From Clostridia bacterium (GTDB lineage Bacteria > Bacillota > Clostridia > Oscillospirales > UBA644), in assembly GCA_017623895.1 (NCBI GenBank), contig JAGAOB010000047.1, positions 1 through 62,228 of the forward strand: DNA of 62,228 nucleotides. The letters are read 5' to 3'. Within the stretch, counting starts at the first letter, position 1, and the number at the start of each line of letters is the position of its first letter. The position numbers and the translations under genes were made by a program. Of this stretch, positions 26,814-36,679 are shown one piece after another. The notes under the pieces were generated by a model. The model had not been told where the DNA came from. It made no database searches and saw only the letters and a list, made by a program, of their open reading frames with translations.

Positions 26814-29225
26814 TTATAAAATTTCCAATTTTACGTAATTGGTCATAAGCTTTTTTTCTCCTACGGCGTCGAAGGATACGGAAAGCATACAGTCCGATGC
26901 CATCGGGGTGACGGCGGTGACGGTCCCCTCTCCGAACACCTTGTGTCGGATCCGCATTCCTACGGCGTAGCTTGTCTTGCTTGCAGACGGGGAGGGGGCT
27001 GCAGATCTTCCGCTTCCCTTTGCTCCGAAGCCTCCCGTTCCGCCGATGGAGGTGCCGCCGATGCCGATATTCTTCAGGAACGGGCGGTCGTTCAGGCTCT
27101 TGACCGGACGGTGGCAGGATTCCTTGGGAGTGGGGATCTTTTTCTCCATACAGTCGTCGGGAATCTCGTCCAAAAAGCGGGAAACGATGCATTCGATCGG
27201 TCTTCCGAAGATCATTCGGCTGCGGGTGGAGAGAATATGCAATTCCCGTTTCGCGCGGGTAATGGCGACGTAGCAGAGGCGACGCTCCTCCTCCAGCCCT
27301 CCGTCTTCTCCGACCGAGCGGGCAGAGGGGAAAATCTCCTCCTCAAAGCCCGTAATAAATACCGTGTCAAATTCCAATCCCTTGGCACAGTGCATCGTCA
27401 TCAATACCACGGTGTCGTCCTCGGGGTTGAGGGCGTCTACCGCACTGACCAGCGCCGTCTGCTCCAAATAATCTCCCAGCGTGGCGTGACCGTCCTCGGC
27501 GGTTTGGGCAAACTCGGTAATGGCGTTGAGCAATTCGGCCACGTTTTCGAATCGGGTCTGGGCCTCGGGCAGGTCAAAGGAAGAGGTTAGCCATTGCTTA
27601 TACTCGATTCGTGCCACCAGATATTTGAAAAATTCGGGCAGAGGCATAAGATCCGCCGCTTCCCGCAGTTCTCCGATCAGCACGGCAAATTCCTGCAGTC
27701 TTCCCGCAGCCCGCTGAAGCTCGGGATAACGGGAGGCGTGTTGCATCACCTCGTAGGGGGATATGCCCTCCCGTTGGGCGATGGCGATCAGACGTTCCAC
27801 GGAGGTGTCCCCGATGCCCCGCTTGGGCTCGTTGATAATGCGGGCAAGGCGAATGCGATCCTTGGGATTATGGATAAAGTTCAGATATGCCAAAAGGTCC
27901 TGAACTTCCTTGCGCTTATAGAAGGCAAGCCCTCCGTAGACCCGATAGGGAATCCCGTTTCCCCGCAACGCCGATTCGATGGCGTTACTTTGGGCGTGGG
28001 TGCGGTATAAGACGCAGAAGTCCCGATAGTGCAGGGACTTGTCCGCCCCCATTCTTCCCAGAACGGAGCGGGCTACGTAGGAGCCCTCCTCGTGTTGGTT
28101 GTTCAATTCCCGATAATGGATCTTGTTCCCCTGTCCGTTGTTTGACCACAGGGTCTTTCCCTTGCGGTTCTTATTATGGGAGATCACCTCGTTTGCCGCG
28201 GTGAGAATGGTGTTGGTGGAGCGGTAATTCTGCTCCAGGCGAATGACCCTTGCATCGGGGAACTGATGCTCAAAGGCCAAAATATTCTTGATGTCCGCTC
28301 CCGCAAATTTATAAATGCTCTGATCGTCGTCCCCCACCACGCAGATTTCTCCGCCCTTTGCAAGCAGGGTCACGAGGCGGTACTGCAGGGGGTTGGTGTC
28401 TTGATATTCGTCCACCAAAACGTATTTGAAGCGGCGATTCACGGCGGCTGCGGCGTCCGAGTGCTCGGTGAGGAGTTTGACGGCGTTGAAGATCAGATCG
28501 TCAAAGTCCATCGCGTTGCTTTCCCGTAGCGACGACTGATATTTCTCATAAAGATCGGGCAGCTTCGGATGCTCCGTGTCGTTGAAGGTCCTGCGGTAAT
28601 CCTCGCAGGATTGATAGCTTCCCTTTGCGCGGTTAATGACCGACCGTACGAATTTCGCAGGATATCCCTCGGTAAGTCCCATCTCCTTCAGAATACGTTC
28701 GATCAATTTGTTGGAATCACCGTCGTCGTAAATGGTGAAATCCCGTTCGTATCCCAAGTGATCGGCGAAGCGCCGCAGAATCCGTACGCAGACCGAGTGA
28801 AAGGTCAGTGCCCACAGATCACGGGCGTCTACGCTGAATTTTTTCTCCATTCGCTCCCGCATTTCTCCCGCGGCCTTGTTGGTAAAGGTGATGGCTAAAA
28901 GATGATACGGATCCAACGGATCGACTGCCAACAGGCGACGAAAGCGCTCTTCTTCCCGTCTGGAGGGATCCGAAAGGGCGCCGTTCAGATACTCCATATC
29001 GTCTTGCGTCAGATCCTCGGGGACCGTTTCGGAGTGGTATGCGTTTCCGTATTTGATCAGATACCCCAATTTGTTGACCAAAACCGTGGTCTTTCCGCTT
29101 CCCGCGCCCGCAAGGATCAACAGCGGGCAATCGCAGGTGTAAACCGCCTCCCGTTGGGGCGGATTGAGTGTTTCGTATTCTTGGTCCAATAACCGTTTTC
29201 GCAACGCGAGAAATTCTTGTCTCAT
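26814..29225 (-). CDS. pcrA: ATP-dependent DNA helicase PcrA/UvrD
   Basis: I chose the start at MRQEFLALRK...LNPPQREAV. It has AGAGSGKTT, VDEYQDTN and TMHCAKGLEFD. The ORF-track N-terminal extension is rejected. Confidence 0.92.
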   Translation of the reverse strand: MRQEFLALRKRLLDQEYETLNPPQREAVYTCDCPLLILAGAGSGKTTVLVNKLGYLIKYGNAYHSETVPEDLTQDDMEYLNGALSDPSRREEERFRRLLAVDPLDPYHLLAITFTNKAAGEMRERMEKKFSVDARDLWALTFHSVCVRILRRFADHLGYERDFTIYDDGDSNKLIERILKEMGLTEGYPAKFVRSVINRAKGSYQSCEDYRRTFNDTEHPKLPDLYEKYQSSLRESNAMDFDDLIFNAVKLLTEHSDAAAAVNRRFKYVLVDEYQDTNPLQYRLVTLLAKGGEICVVGDDDQSIYKFAGADIKNILAFEHQFPDARVIRLEQNYRSTNTILTAANEVISHNKNRKGKTLWSNNGQGNKIHYRELNNQHEEGSYVARSVLGRMGADKSLHYRDFCVLYRTHAQSNAIESALRGNGIPYRVYGGLAFYKRKEVQDLLAYLNFIHNPKDRIRLARIINEPKRGIGDTSVERLIAIAQREGISPYEVMQHASRYPELQRAAGRLQEFAVLIGELREAADLMPLPEFFKYLVARIEYKQWLTSSFDLPEAQTRFENVAELLNAITEFAQTAEDGHATLGDYLEQTALVSAVDALNPEDDTVVLMTMHCAKGLEFDTVFITGFEEEIFPSARSVGEDGGLEEERRLCYVAITRAKRELHILSTRSRMIFGRPIECIVSRFLDEIPDDCMEKKIPTPKESCHRPVKSLNDRPFLKNIGIGGTSIGGTGGFGAKGSGRSAAPSPSASKTSYAVGMRIRHKVFGEGTVTAVTPMASDCMLSVSFDAVGEKKLMTNYVKLEIL

Positions 29226-29410
29226 TGGGGTCTCCTTTTGGGGGTTGTACACAATACTTGGTTTAATTATAATATAATACAAGCACAAAAGCATTGCGGA
29301 ATTGAAACATAAATTTGAAACTTTTTCTTCGGTGTCCGAAATTGTGGGGATAATTGCGGACCGTTCGGGAAATACTGAAAACAAAAAAGTTATCGAAAGG
29401 ACGCTTTTTA

Positions 29411-30319
29411 ATGAGGAAATATAAAAAATTTTGGGTCGTTTTGTCCGCAGCTCTGCTGACGGCGGTGTTTCTTGCGGGGATTGCCGTATGGCTGACGCCC
29501 CCCGCGGCTCAGGAATCTCTCTCTCAATTCGGATCTACGGGCACGGAGGTTCGGCAGATTCAGACGGCGCTGAAGCGACAGGGATACTATAGCGGCTCCG
29601 TGGATGGAATCTACGGCTCCGCAACCCAGACGGCGGTACGAAAATTTCAGGCCGCAAGGGGACTGACGGTGGACGGGATCTGCGGAAGCGCCACGTTAAG
29701 TGCCCTCGGCATCGGCGGCTCGTCTACGACGCTGCGGAAGGGATCTCAGGGAAGCGGCGTGCGGCAGGTGCAGCAGAGACTGTTGAATTGGGGATATTAT
29801 TCGGGGTCTGTGGACGGAATTTACGGCTCCGCCACCGAAGCGGCGGTTCGGAAATTTCAGCGGAACAACGGACTTACCGCCGACGGTATCTGCGGGGTGC
29901 GTACCCTTTCCGCGATGGGGCTTTCTTCTCTTTCCAACGCGTCTCACACGACGTCCTCCGATAATGGAAGCGTATATCTGTTGGCTCGCATCATTTCTGC
30001 CGAGGCGCGGGGGGAATCCTATCGGGGACAGGTTGCCGTAGGTGCGGTGGTTATGAATCGGGTGCGCTCCTCTCAATTCCCGAACACGCTGGCGGGGGTA
30101 ATCTATCAAAAGGGCGCCTTCACCGCGATTGACGACGGACAGTTTAATCAGCCCATCGCCGATTCCGCCTACCGAGCCGCGCGGGAGGTATTGGCGGGCG
30201 CCGACCCCACGGGGGGATGCCTGTACTATTACAATCCTGCCACGGCGACCTCAAGCTGGATCTATTCTCTCCCCGTGAAGATGACCATCGGAAAGCACCG
30301 CTTTTCTATGGGGAAATAA
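29411..30319 (+). CDS. sleB: spore cortex-lytic enzyme (two PG_binding_1 repeats plus Hydrolase_2 domain)
   Basis: It has a signal or anchor sequence, then GxxVRQxQxxLxxxGYYSGSVDGIYGSATxxAVRKFQ twice, and a C-terminal SleB-type hydrolase (ISAEARGESYRGQVAVGAVVMNRV). Confidence 0.85.
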   Translation: MRKYKKFWVVLSAALLTAVFLAGIAVWLTPPAAQESLSQFGSTGTEVRQIQTALKRQGYYSGSVDGIYGSATQTAVRKFQAARGLTVDGICGSATLSALGIGGSSTTLRKGSQGSGVRQVQQRLLNWGYYSGSVDGIYGSATEAAVRKFQRNNGLTADGICGVRTLSAMGLSSLSNASHTTSSDNGSVYLLARIISAEARGESYRGQVAVGAVVMNRVRSSQFPNTLAGVIYQKGAFTAIDDGQFNQPIADSAYRAAREVLAGADPTGGCLYYYNPATATSSWIYSLPVKMTIGKHRFSMGK

Positions 30320-30331
30320 AACGAAAAAACG

Positions 30332-30367
30332 TCGGTCTGCGGCATTGCTTCCCGCAGACCGATTTTT
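30332..30367 (+). terminator. rho-independent terminator
   Basis: tcggtctgcgg / ccgcagaccga stem followed by T5. Confidence 0.75.
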
Positions 30368-30536
30368 CCAAAGGAACAGAGACTCCTTATTCATTGACTT
30401 TGACTGCAAAAAATCAGAATCATCCGACGGTTCTCTTGTTTCGGCTTTTATTTTTATTTCTCTCGCCCTTTGGGAATATTGCCCGTTCTCTTCGCATACA
30501 GTGAAACAGAAAAGAACGGAAAGGAAAGTGTTCGGA

Positions 30537-31499
30537 ATGGACAAAGAGCAATTTTTGCCCGAGGGTGCCGTGGGGAAAACGGAGCATTCCTTGGCGACGT
30601 TGGAAAAGGCACGGGCGTCGGGACAAATTTTGGAGGCGAAGGCCATCCTTTGCGACAGCAGTCACAACCTGGTGGTGGATCTGGGGGATCTGCGAGGCGT
30701 GATTCCTCGGGGCGAGGCCGCTTTGGGGATTCGGGAGGGAACGGTCAAGGATATCGCCATCCTGTCCCGGGTGAACAAATCGGTCTGCTTCAAGGTTACC
30801 GATCTTTTGCGGCGGGATCAGGTCTCCCGTTGCTGTGATGCGCCTGAGGCCTTTCGTCCGGGGACTCTTTCCGATCCCGTGGCGTTGCTTTCCCGCCGTG
30901 CGGCACAACAGCAGGTGCAGGAGGAATTGCTTTCCCGCGTACAGCCGGGAGACGTTTTGGACGCCCGCATTACTCACTTGGAATCCTTCGGTGCGTTTGC
31001 CGATATCGGATGCGGCATCGTGGGACTGATCTCTATTGAAAATATTTCGGTCTCCCGCATTTCCCATCCCCGAGATCGATTCGTTCGGGATCAGGCGGTC
31101 AAGGTGGTGGTCAAGGAGATCGACCGAGAGAAAAAGCGGTTCGTCCTTTCCCACAAGGAGCTTCTGGGAACGTGGGAGGAAAACGCGTCCCTCTTTGAGG
31201 TGGGGCAGACGGTGTGCGGAATCGTACGGTCGGTAGAGGAGTACGGCATCTTCGTGGAGCTGACGCCCAATTTGGCAGGGCTTGCGGAATGTAAGGCGGG
31301 GGTTGTTCCCGGACAGCAGGCTACGGTGTACATTAAAAATATTATTCCCGAAAAAATGAAGGTCAAATTGAGCCTGATCGATGCCTTTGACGGAGAGCAG
31401 GAGCCGTCGCTGCGATATTACGTTCCCGCTCCGCATATGGACCGCTTCGTCTATTCCCCCGAGGGCGCCCTGCGACGGATCGAAACAATCTTTACATAA
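30537..31499 (+). CDS. S1 RNA-binding domain protein
   Basis: I chose the start at MDKEQFLPEG. It has at least two S1-like OB segments (GDVLDARITHLESFGAFADIG, GQTVCGIVRSVEEYGIFVELT). Confidence 0.75.
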   Translation: MDKEQFLPEGAVGKTEHSLATLEKARASGQILEAKAILCDSSHNLVVDLGDLRGVIPRGEAALGIREGTVKDIAILSRVNKSVCFKVTDLLRRDQVSRCCDAPEAFRPGTLSDPVALLSRRAAQQQVQEELLSRVQPGDVLDARITHLESFGAFADIGCGIVGLISIENISVSRISHPRDRFVRDQAVKVVVKEIDREKKRFVLSHKELLGTWEENASLFEVGQTVCGIVRSVEEYGIFVELTPNLAGLAECKAGVVPGQQATVYIKNIIPEKMKVKLSLIDAFDGEQEPSLRYYVPAPHMDRFVYSPEGALRRIETIFT

Positions 31500-31574
31500 A
31501 TGTCGCAGATTTTTTCTTGACATTCCGAATTTATTATAGTATTATAAAGATGATATCGGTTTTTTACCGTGTTG

Positions 31575-31616
31575 CCCGTCTCCGACGTTCGGAGACGGGT
31601 CAGGTCGTTTTTTTTG
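31575..31616 (+). terminator. rho-independent terminator
   Basis: cccgtctccg / cggagacggg stem followed by a T8 run. Confidence 0.75.
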
Positions 31617-31631
31617 AAAGGAGGGATCGCT

Positions 31632-32258
31632 TTGGACCGTTTGCTGAAACGGTACGTGATCGTCGAGTTGCTCGTGGGAATTGCCGAAATCGTGATCGGA
31701 TTGCTTCTCGGCGGAATTATGCTTCCCGCGTTGGGGATTTGTACCGTTGCCTTGGCGGCGCAGTGCGTCGGCTCCTCGGACAAGCATTCTTGGGTGGCGG
31801 TAGGACTTGGCTTGATCTCCCTGCTGAGTCTGACTGTCAGCGGCGTTTCGTCCTTTCTTTTTATGACGAGTCAAACGGGCTATTCCCATTCCACTTCGCC
31901 TCTGACGGTTCTTTTGGTTCTTGCGGTGATGATCCTTCTGCAAGGCTTTTTGGCACTTCCTCTGGAGGACCGTCACGACCTTGGCGTGTTGCGCCGCGGG
32001 ATTTCCCGAACCGTCGTCTTTATGGGGATCGGGTTTGGGGGAATCGTTCTGAATTACCTTTTGTCCTACCTCTTTTTTGACTTCGCCGTGTCTGCCTTTT
32101 CGGGCGGAGACGCTATGCAGGATTTTCATTATTTGGAAGGCGTCCTTGCATTGGCGATGGTTTTGACTTGTGCCCGTGAGATCCTTCGGGAATTTTTTGT
32201 AAAGCAATCCCCCCGTCACGGGGCGTTGCGGGAGGGAACCAATGATCAAGAAGCTTAA
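31632..32258 (+). CDS. hypothetical polytopic membrane protein
   Basis: I propose a TTG start at 31632 (aaaggaggg RBS 5 nt upstream), which lies downstream of the preceding terminator. It has several hydrophobic helices and no motif I recognise. Confidence 0.5.
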   Translation: MDRLLKRYVIVELLVGIAEIVIGLLLGGIMLPALGICTVALAAQCVGSSDKHSWVAVGLGLISLLSLTVSGVSSFLFMTSQTGYSHSTSPLTVLLVLAVMILLQGFLALPLEDRHDLGVLRRGISRTVVFMGIGFGGIVLNYLLSYLFFDFAVSAFSGGDAMQDFHYLEGVLALAMVLTCAREILREFFVKQSPRHGALREGTNDQEA

Positions 32259-33192
32259 TCTTTGGAAAAACGCGCTCAATCTGTTTTTGCGCTACGGGAT
32301 GATCTGCGTGTTCGTGTTTATGTGTGTGGTTTTGATCTCCACCAACCCCACGTGGCTCGGACCGTTGTTCGGCGTGTTTTATTTTGTTGCTCTGATCTAT
32401 TATTTCTGGTTCACGATGCGCACCGAGGGAGAGCTGGACGTCAATCGGGTGAACATCGGCCAGATGCCGAGATTCCGCTTCAAGGGGGCCGTTTGTGCCC
32501 TGATCGTGGCGGTGCCGCTGATGATCGTCAACGTAGTCCCCAATTTCTTTGCCGATCCCGTCCCTGCGGAATATCGAGCGTATTTCACGGGAGAGGCCAC
32601 CCATCTTTCCGAGACCGACGGGTTTAACCGTTCTTTGCGGGAGGCTTCGGGCAAGCAGGGCTACGTTTCCGAGATCACCTTTAACACCGAAGGTGAGATT
32701 ACTCATATTACCTACGAAACCTCCAACGGATATACGATTCTGTGCGATGGTACCACGACCGATCAGAATAAAATTTACGCCCTTACGGAACCCCTTGAGG
32801 GAGGCGGGACGGAGAAAATTTATCTGACGGCAGATGTCGAGCTGACGGAGGCGCAAAAGGGTGCGTTTGAGGAGTGCAAAAACGCTGTGGACGACATCGT
32901 TTCGGTGATGGGCACTTACCCCCATTGGCAGCAGGCGTGGGCCGTGGTCAAGGCGATCTTCGTGGTGGCACTGCAGTATTTCTGCGGTATTTTTGCAAGC
33001 GAGAATCCCGTGCTTCACTCTGTGATCTATTGCGTTTGTATGCTGCTTTTGTGCGTTGCCGCCCAGGTCGGGTACGAGATGGGGTATCGCGGCATCGTTC
33101 TCTTGCGGAAAAAGACGGCGGTGAAAAATCCCAAGGCGGGAGACACCGTAGTCATCCAGCGCGGGAAGGGAACCTTTGGCGACGAGGAATAA
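32242..33192 (+). CDS. hypothetical membrane protein with a central soluble loop
   Basis: It overlaps the previous CDS by 17 nt. TM helices lie at both ends around a ~120-aa hydrophilic segment. I recognise no motif. Confidence 0.55.
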   Translation: MIKKLNLWKNALNLFLRYGMICVFVFMCVVLISTNPTWLGPLFGVFYFVALIYYFWFTMRTEGELDVNRVNIGQMPRFRFKGAVCALIVAVPLMIVNVVPNFFADPVPAEYRAYFTGEATHLSETDGFNRSLREASGKQGYVSEITFNTEGEITHITYETSNGYTILCDGTTTDQNKIYALTEPLEGGGTEKIYLTADVELTEAQKGAFEECKNAVDDIVSVMGTYPHWQQAWAVVKAIFVVALQYFCGIFASENPVLHSVIYCVCMLLLCVAAQVGYEMGYRGIVLLRKKTAVKNPKAGDTVVIQRGKGTFGDEE

Positions 33193-33211
33193 AATTTTAT
33201 ATTTGTAATCA

Positions 33212-33246
33212 AAAACCGACGGGAGAGATCCCGTCGGTTTTTTTTG
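33212..33246 (+). terminator. rho-independent terminator
   Basis: aaaaccgacggga / tcccgtcggtttt stem followed by a T-run. Confidence 0.8.
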
Positions 33247-33334
33247 CGTAAGAAACCGTAAGGACGGAAAAAAATGGATGTTGCAAATTCTTTCCTGCGG
33301 GGTACAATATTCCTTGAAAGGAGGCTGATATGCC

Positions 33335-34069
33335 TTGAAAAAGACAATGCAGATATTGATTCTTGCCCTTCTGATCGTCGCCTTTGCCGCAGTTCCCTTT
33401 GCCGCGCAAAAGACCGACTATCAGATCGGAGAATCCGAGGGCGGGCTTCTGAACGACGGAAAACTGAAGCAAGCCTTTCAAAGCGCCGCGGACAAATTCA
33501 AGGAGTGGATGTACGAGGGTGCTCCCGCAGGCTACGTGACACGGGAAGATGATTATTATCTTCAGGAATATTCCGACACAAACAAGCAAAAGGCCGCCAT
33601 TTACGTGGGACCCGACTACGGCTCTTACGTTCTTCGGGGACCTCTTTACGAGCAGTTGGAATCCCTGGGCGGACTGAAAACGATGGGCCGTCCCGTATCC
33701 GATGCGTATGAGGTAAACGGTACGTGGTATCAAAATTTTGAAAAGGGCTACGCGTCCACGGATAAAGATTCGGGCAAAGCCGTATTTACCCAGGGCTCTC
33801 ACGTGAACGCCAAGGGTGAACCCGTTGCGCTGAACGTAACCGACTCCGCACAGGGAAACGGAAGCGGGACCTCGGGAACCGACGGCGGCAACGGAACGAC
33901 CAATACCGACGGCGGAATGAACAGTATTTCTTCTCCCTCGGAGATGATCAGTGACGTGGTGGAAGACGTGGAGGAAGCGGCACCCCGTTGGGGAATGTGG
34001 GTGTTTATCATTCTTCTGCTTCTTGCCGTCGCTATTTTGGTGATTTATTGGTTTTTGAAGAAAAAGTGA
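33335..34069 (+). CDS. secreted protein with LGFP-like repeat and C-terminal membrane anchor
   Basis: A TTG start lies 9 nt after aaaggagg. It has a signal peptide (ILILALLIVAFAAVPFAA), the segment LGGLKTMGRPVSDAYEVNGTWYQNFEKGY, a Gly/Thr/Asn linker, and a C-terminal TM helix followed by KKK. Confidence 0.6.
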   Translation: MKKTMQILILALLIVAFAAVPFAAQKTDYQIGESEGGLLNDGKLKQAFQSAADKFKEWMYEGAPAGYVTREDDYYLQEYSDTNKQKAAIYVGPDYGSYVLRGPLYEQLESLGGLKTMGRPVSDAYEVNGTWYQNFEKGYASTDKDSGKAVFTQGSHVNAKGEPVALNVTDSAQGNGSGTSGTDGGNGTTNTDGGMNSISSPSEMISDVVEDVEEAAPRWGMWVFIILLLLAVAILVIYWFLKKK

Positions 34070-34077
34070 TCTCCGTT

Positions 34078-34118
34078 CCTGTTTCCGTCCTCCCGTGGTC
34101 GGAAACAGGGAATTTTTT
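34078..34118 (+). terminator. rho-independent terminator
   Basis: cctgtttccg / cggaaacagg 10-bp stem followed by T6. Confidence 0.8.
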
Positions 34119-34223
34119 ATGGCTTTTTGCGGCAAAATACACAAAAAGAGAAGAAAAAATCCCCGTGGTTTTTCTCTTTTTCGAATGTTCATAAAATTGT
34201 AAATCTTTTCCGTTTTTACGAAC

Positions 34224-34252
34224 TTGAAAAACGATTCGTATTGTAGTATAAT
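34224..34252 (+). promoter_or_regulatory. sigma-A promoter of the decarboxylase locus
   Basis: TTGAAA, a 17-nt spacer, then TATAAT (34247-52). Confidence 0.6.
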
Positions 34253-34336
34253 ATATGATGGAGAAAATTGGAGAACTTGCGTTTTTTCAAATTTCCGTTT
34301 TTGTGAAATCAAAAGTCTTTTAGGAGGATATAAGTA

Positions 34337-35755
34337 ATGAATGCTCAGGAAAAATTCGCACAAATCGAAAGCATTCGCGCCGAGATCGAGGAAAAGCCCG
34401 CGTCTTTTTCGGGAAACACCGCGAGAGAACGGCTGAATCTGCTTTTTGACGAAGGAACCTTCGTTGAGGTGGGTGCGTTCGTCCGTCAGCGTCCCACCGA
34501 ATACGGTTGCGCTGAGGCTTCCGAGGGAGTGGTGACGGGGTACGGTGCCGTGGACGGCGTTTTGGTCTTTGCCTTTGCCCAGGATCCCTCCGTTGAAAAG
34601 GGTGCCGTCAGTGAAATGCACGCGCGGAAGATCAAGAACATTATCACGATGGCGATGAAGGCTGACGCCCCCGTCGTTTCGTTTTTGGATTCCTGCGGAA
34701 TGCGCGTTGGCGAGGGCGTGGACGCCCTTGCGGGATACGGAGAGATCCTTTCTCTTTGCAGTGAAATGCAGGGAGTGATCCCCCACGTTTGCGTGGTCAA
34801 CGGGGTTTGCGCCGGCGCGATGTCCTTCCTCCCCGCCTTTGCGGATTATACCGTGATGCTGAACAATGCAGAGCTGTTTCTGTCGGCTCCCTCCGTGGTG
34901 CAGGCTCGCTTCGGGAAAAAGACGGGGGATGCACAATCCGCCTACCAATCGGGACTGGCTTCGGTTCTTTGTGATACCGACGAGCAGGCCGCGCAGGCAG
35001 TCAAGACCTTCTTCACCGCCTTCGGAGCAGTGGAGCCCGAGGACGATGCAAACCGTCTGACCCCCCAAATCGCAGAGCTGATTTCCGCCGAGGGATACGA
35101 CGTGTCTTCGGTCATCGCCCAGATCGCCGACAGCGGTGAAATGGTGGAATTCAGTGGCGGATATGCGAAAAATATCGTCACGGGCCTGATCCATCTGGAC
35201 GGGACGCCCTGCGGTGTTATCGCAAACAATCCCGCCGTGGACAACGGAGATCTGAACGCCGCCGCCTGCGACAAGGCCTCCAAGTTTATTGAATTTTGCG
35301 ACAACTACGATATTCCCGTGATCACTTTGGTGGATACCAACGGGTTCGCGGTGGAGGTCGGGGCAAATATCTCCGAGTCCGCCCGTCTCGTCTGTGCCTA
35401 CGCCGATTCGGATGGAGTGAAGATCACCCTCATTACGGGCCGTGCTTACGGTGCGGGATATTTGTCGATGGGTGCCAAGCACACCGGAGCAGACGTGGTT
35501 TTGGCATACCCCACGGCGCAGATCGCTGCCCTCCCCGCCGATACGGGTGCCGTATTTTTGGGAAGCAAGCAGATTTCCGAATCCGACACTCCCGCCGAGA
35601 CCCGCAACGAGCTGATCGCCTCTTACGGCGAGACGATGGCGTCTCCCTTGCAGGCCGCTCAACGGGGATACGTGGATGATATCGTTGAAATTTCCACCAC
35701 CCGTCAGCTTCTGATCAGCTCCCTGAACGTCTTCTTGCAGGAAGGGGATCTGTGA
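34337..35755 (+). CDS. acyl-CoA carboxyltransferase (12S / MmdA-PccB type), divergent
   Basis: TARERLNLLFDEGTFVE, VVTGYGAVDGVLVFAFAQD, DSCGMRVGEGVDALAGYGEI, and a second CT half (PVITLVDTNGF). It is shorter than the ~510 aa I expect for this family. Confidence 0.8.
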   Translation: MNAQEKFAQIESIRAEIEEKPASFSGNTARERLNLLFDEGTFVEVGAFVRQRPTEYGCAEASEGVVTGYGAVDGVLVFAFAQDPSVEKGAVSEMHARKIKNIITMAMKADAPVVSFLDSCGMRVGEGVDALAGYGEILSLCSEMQGVIPHVCVVNGVCAGAMSFLPAFADYTVMLNNAELFLSAPSVVQARFGKKTGDAQSAYQSGLASVLCDTDEQAAQAVKTFFTAFGAVEPEDDANRLTPQIAELISAEGYDVSSVIAQIADSGEMVEFSGGYAKNIVTGLIHLDGTPCGVIANNPAVDNGDLNAAACDKASKFIEFCDNYDIPVITLVDTNGFAVEVGANISESARLVCAYADSDGVKITLITGRAYGAGYLSMGAKHTGADVVLAYPTAQIAALPADTGAVFLGSKQISESDTPAETRNELIASYGETMASPLQAAQRGYVDDIVEISTTRQLLISSLNVFLQEGDL

Positions 35756-36183
35756 TGAACGTGCTTGCCTCGTCTATTATGGACTTTTCTCCCGAGATGC
35801 CTCTCGTAGAGAAAATCCTGTTCAGTCTCGCGGTAAGTGCCATCGGAATCATCATCGTTTTCGTTGTTCTGATTCTGATTATGCTGGTCATTTACCTGTT
35901 CAAGGCAATTTTCGGTGCAAAAAAGAAATCGAAGTCTGTCGCATCCAAAATGACTGCCGCATCCAAGAAGGCTTCCGAGCCTGTTTCCGTTGCTTCTTCT
36001 CCATCGAACGGGGCCCCCGCTTCTTCGGGAAAGCAGGAAGAGATGGTGGCAGCCATTGCCGCCGCGACCGCGATGGCACAGGAGGAGCTGATTGCAGTTC
36101 TTTCCGCTGCCGTTGCCGCCCAAGAAGGGTGTGACGCGGGATCCTCCCGATACCGTATTCGCTCCTTCCGCCGTATTCTGTAA
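35755..36183 (+). CDS. OadG-like small membrane-anchor subunit of Na+-translocating decarboxylase
   Basis: The ATG overlaps the upstream TGA (a GTG at 35752 is also possible). It has a single N-terminal TM helix (ILFSLAVSAIGIIIVFVVLILIMLVIYLF) and an Ala-rich tail. Confidence 0.65.
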   Translation: MNVLASSIMDFSPEMPLVEKILFSLAVSAIGIIIVFVVLILIMLVIYLFKAIFGAKKKSKSVASKMTAASKKASEPVSVASSPSNGAPASSGKQEEMVAAIAAATAMAQEELIAVLSAAVAAQEGCDAGSSRYRIRSFRRIL

Positions 36184-36226
36184 ATCATAATTCACAATAT
36201 TAATTGAAAGTAGAGGAATCCTTATT

Positions 36227-36646
36227 ATGAAAAAGTACAACATCACCGTAAACGGAACTACCTATGAAGTATTCGTGGAGGAAGCCGGCGTCGTTGCTTC
36301 TGCTCCCGTTGCCGCTCCCGTGGCTGCTCCTGCGCCTGTCGCTGCTCCCGTTGTTTCTGCCGCACCCGTTGCCGCTGCCGCACCCGCCGCACCCGCCGCC
36401 GCACCTGCCGCTCCCGTGGTTGCTCCCGCAGACGCCGAACCCGTCAAGGCTCCTATGCCCGGCAATATTATGAAGGTTAACGTAAAGGTCGGCGACGCCG
36501 TAAAGAAGGGCGACACTCTGTGCGTTTTGGAAGCAATGAAGATGGAAAATGACATCAAAGCCAGTCGTGACGGCGTGATCGCCGCAGTTCACGTCAATCA
36601 AGGTGCCACCGTGAACACGGGGGATCTTCTGGTTTCTCTTTCCTGA
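36227..36646 (+). CDS. biotin carboxyl carrier protein (free-standing biotinyl domain with Ala/Pro linker)
   Basis: EAMKMEN biotinylation motif and an AP-rich linker (APVAAPVAAPAPVAAP...). Confidence 0.9.
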   Translation: MKKYNITVNGTTYEVFVEEAGVVASAPVAAPVAAPAPVAAPVVSAAPVAAAAPAAPAAAPAAPVVAPADAEPVKAPMPGNIMKVNVKVGDAVKKGDTLCVLEAMKMENDIKASRDGVIAAVHVNQGATVNTGDLLVSLS

Positions 36647-36679
36647 CCTTTAGAAAAGCATTAGGAAAGGAACTTTCGT

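Noticed and set aside
33209-35662. 817-aa minus-strand ORF, the longest in this part of the track
   Set aside because: It runs antisense across three well-supported plus-strand features, including the carboxyltransferase. It crosses terminators and intergenic DNA. Its translation is Gly/Arg/His/Leu-rich with no motif. It is a typical shadow ORF in GC-rich DNA.
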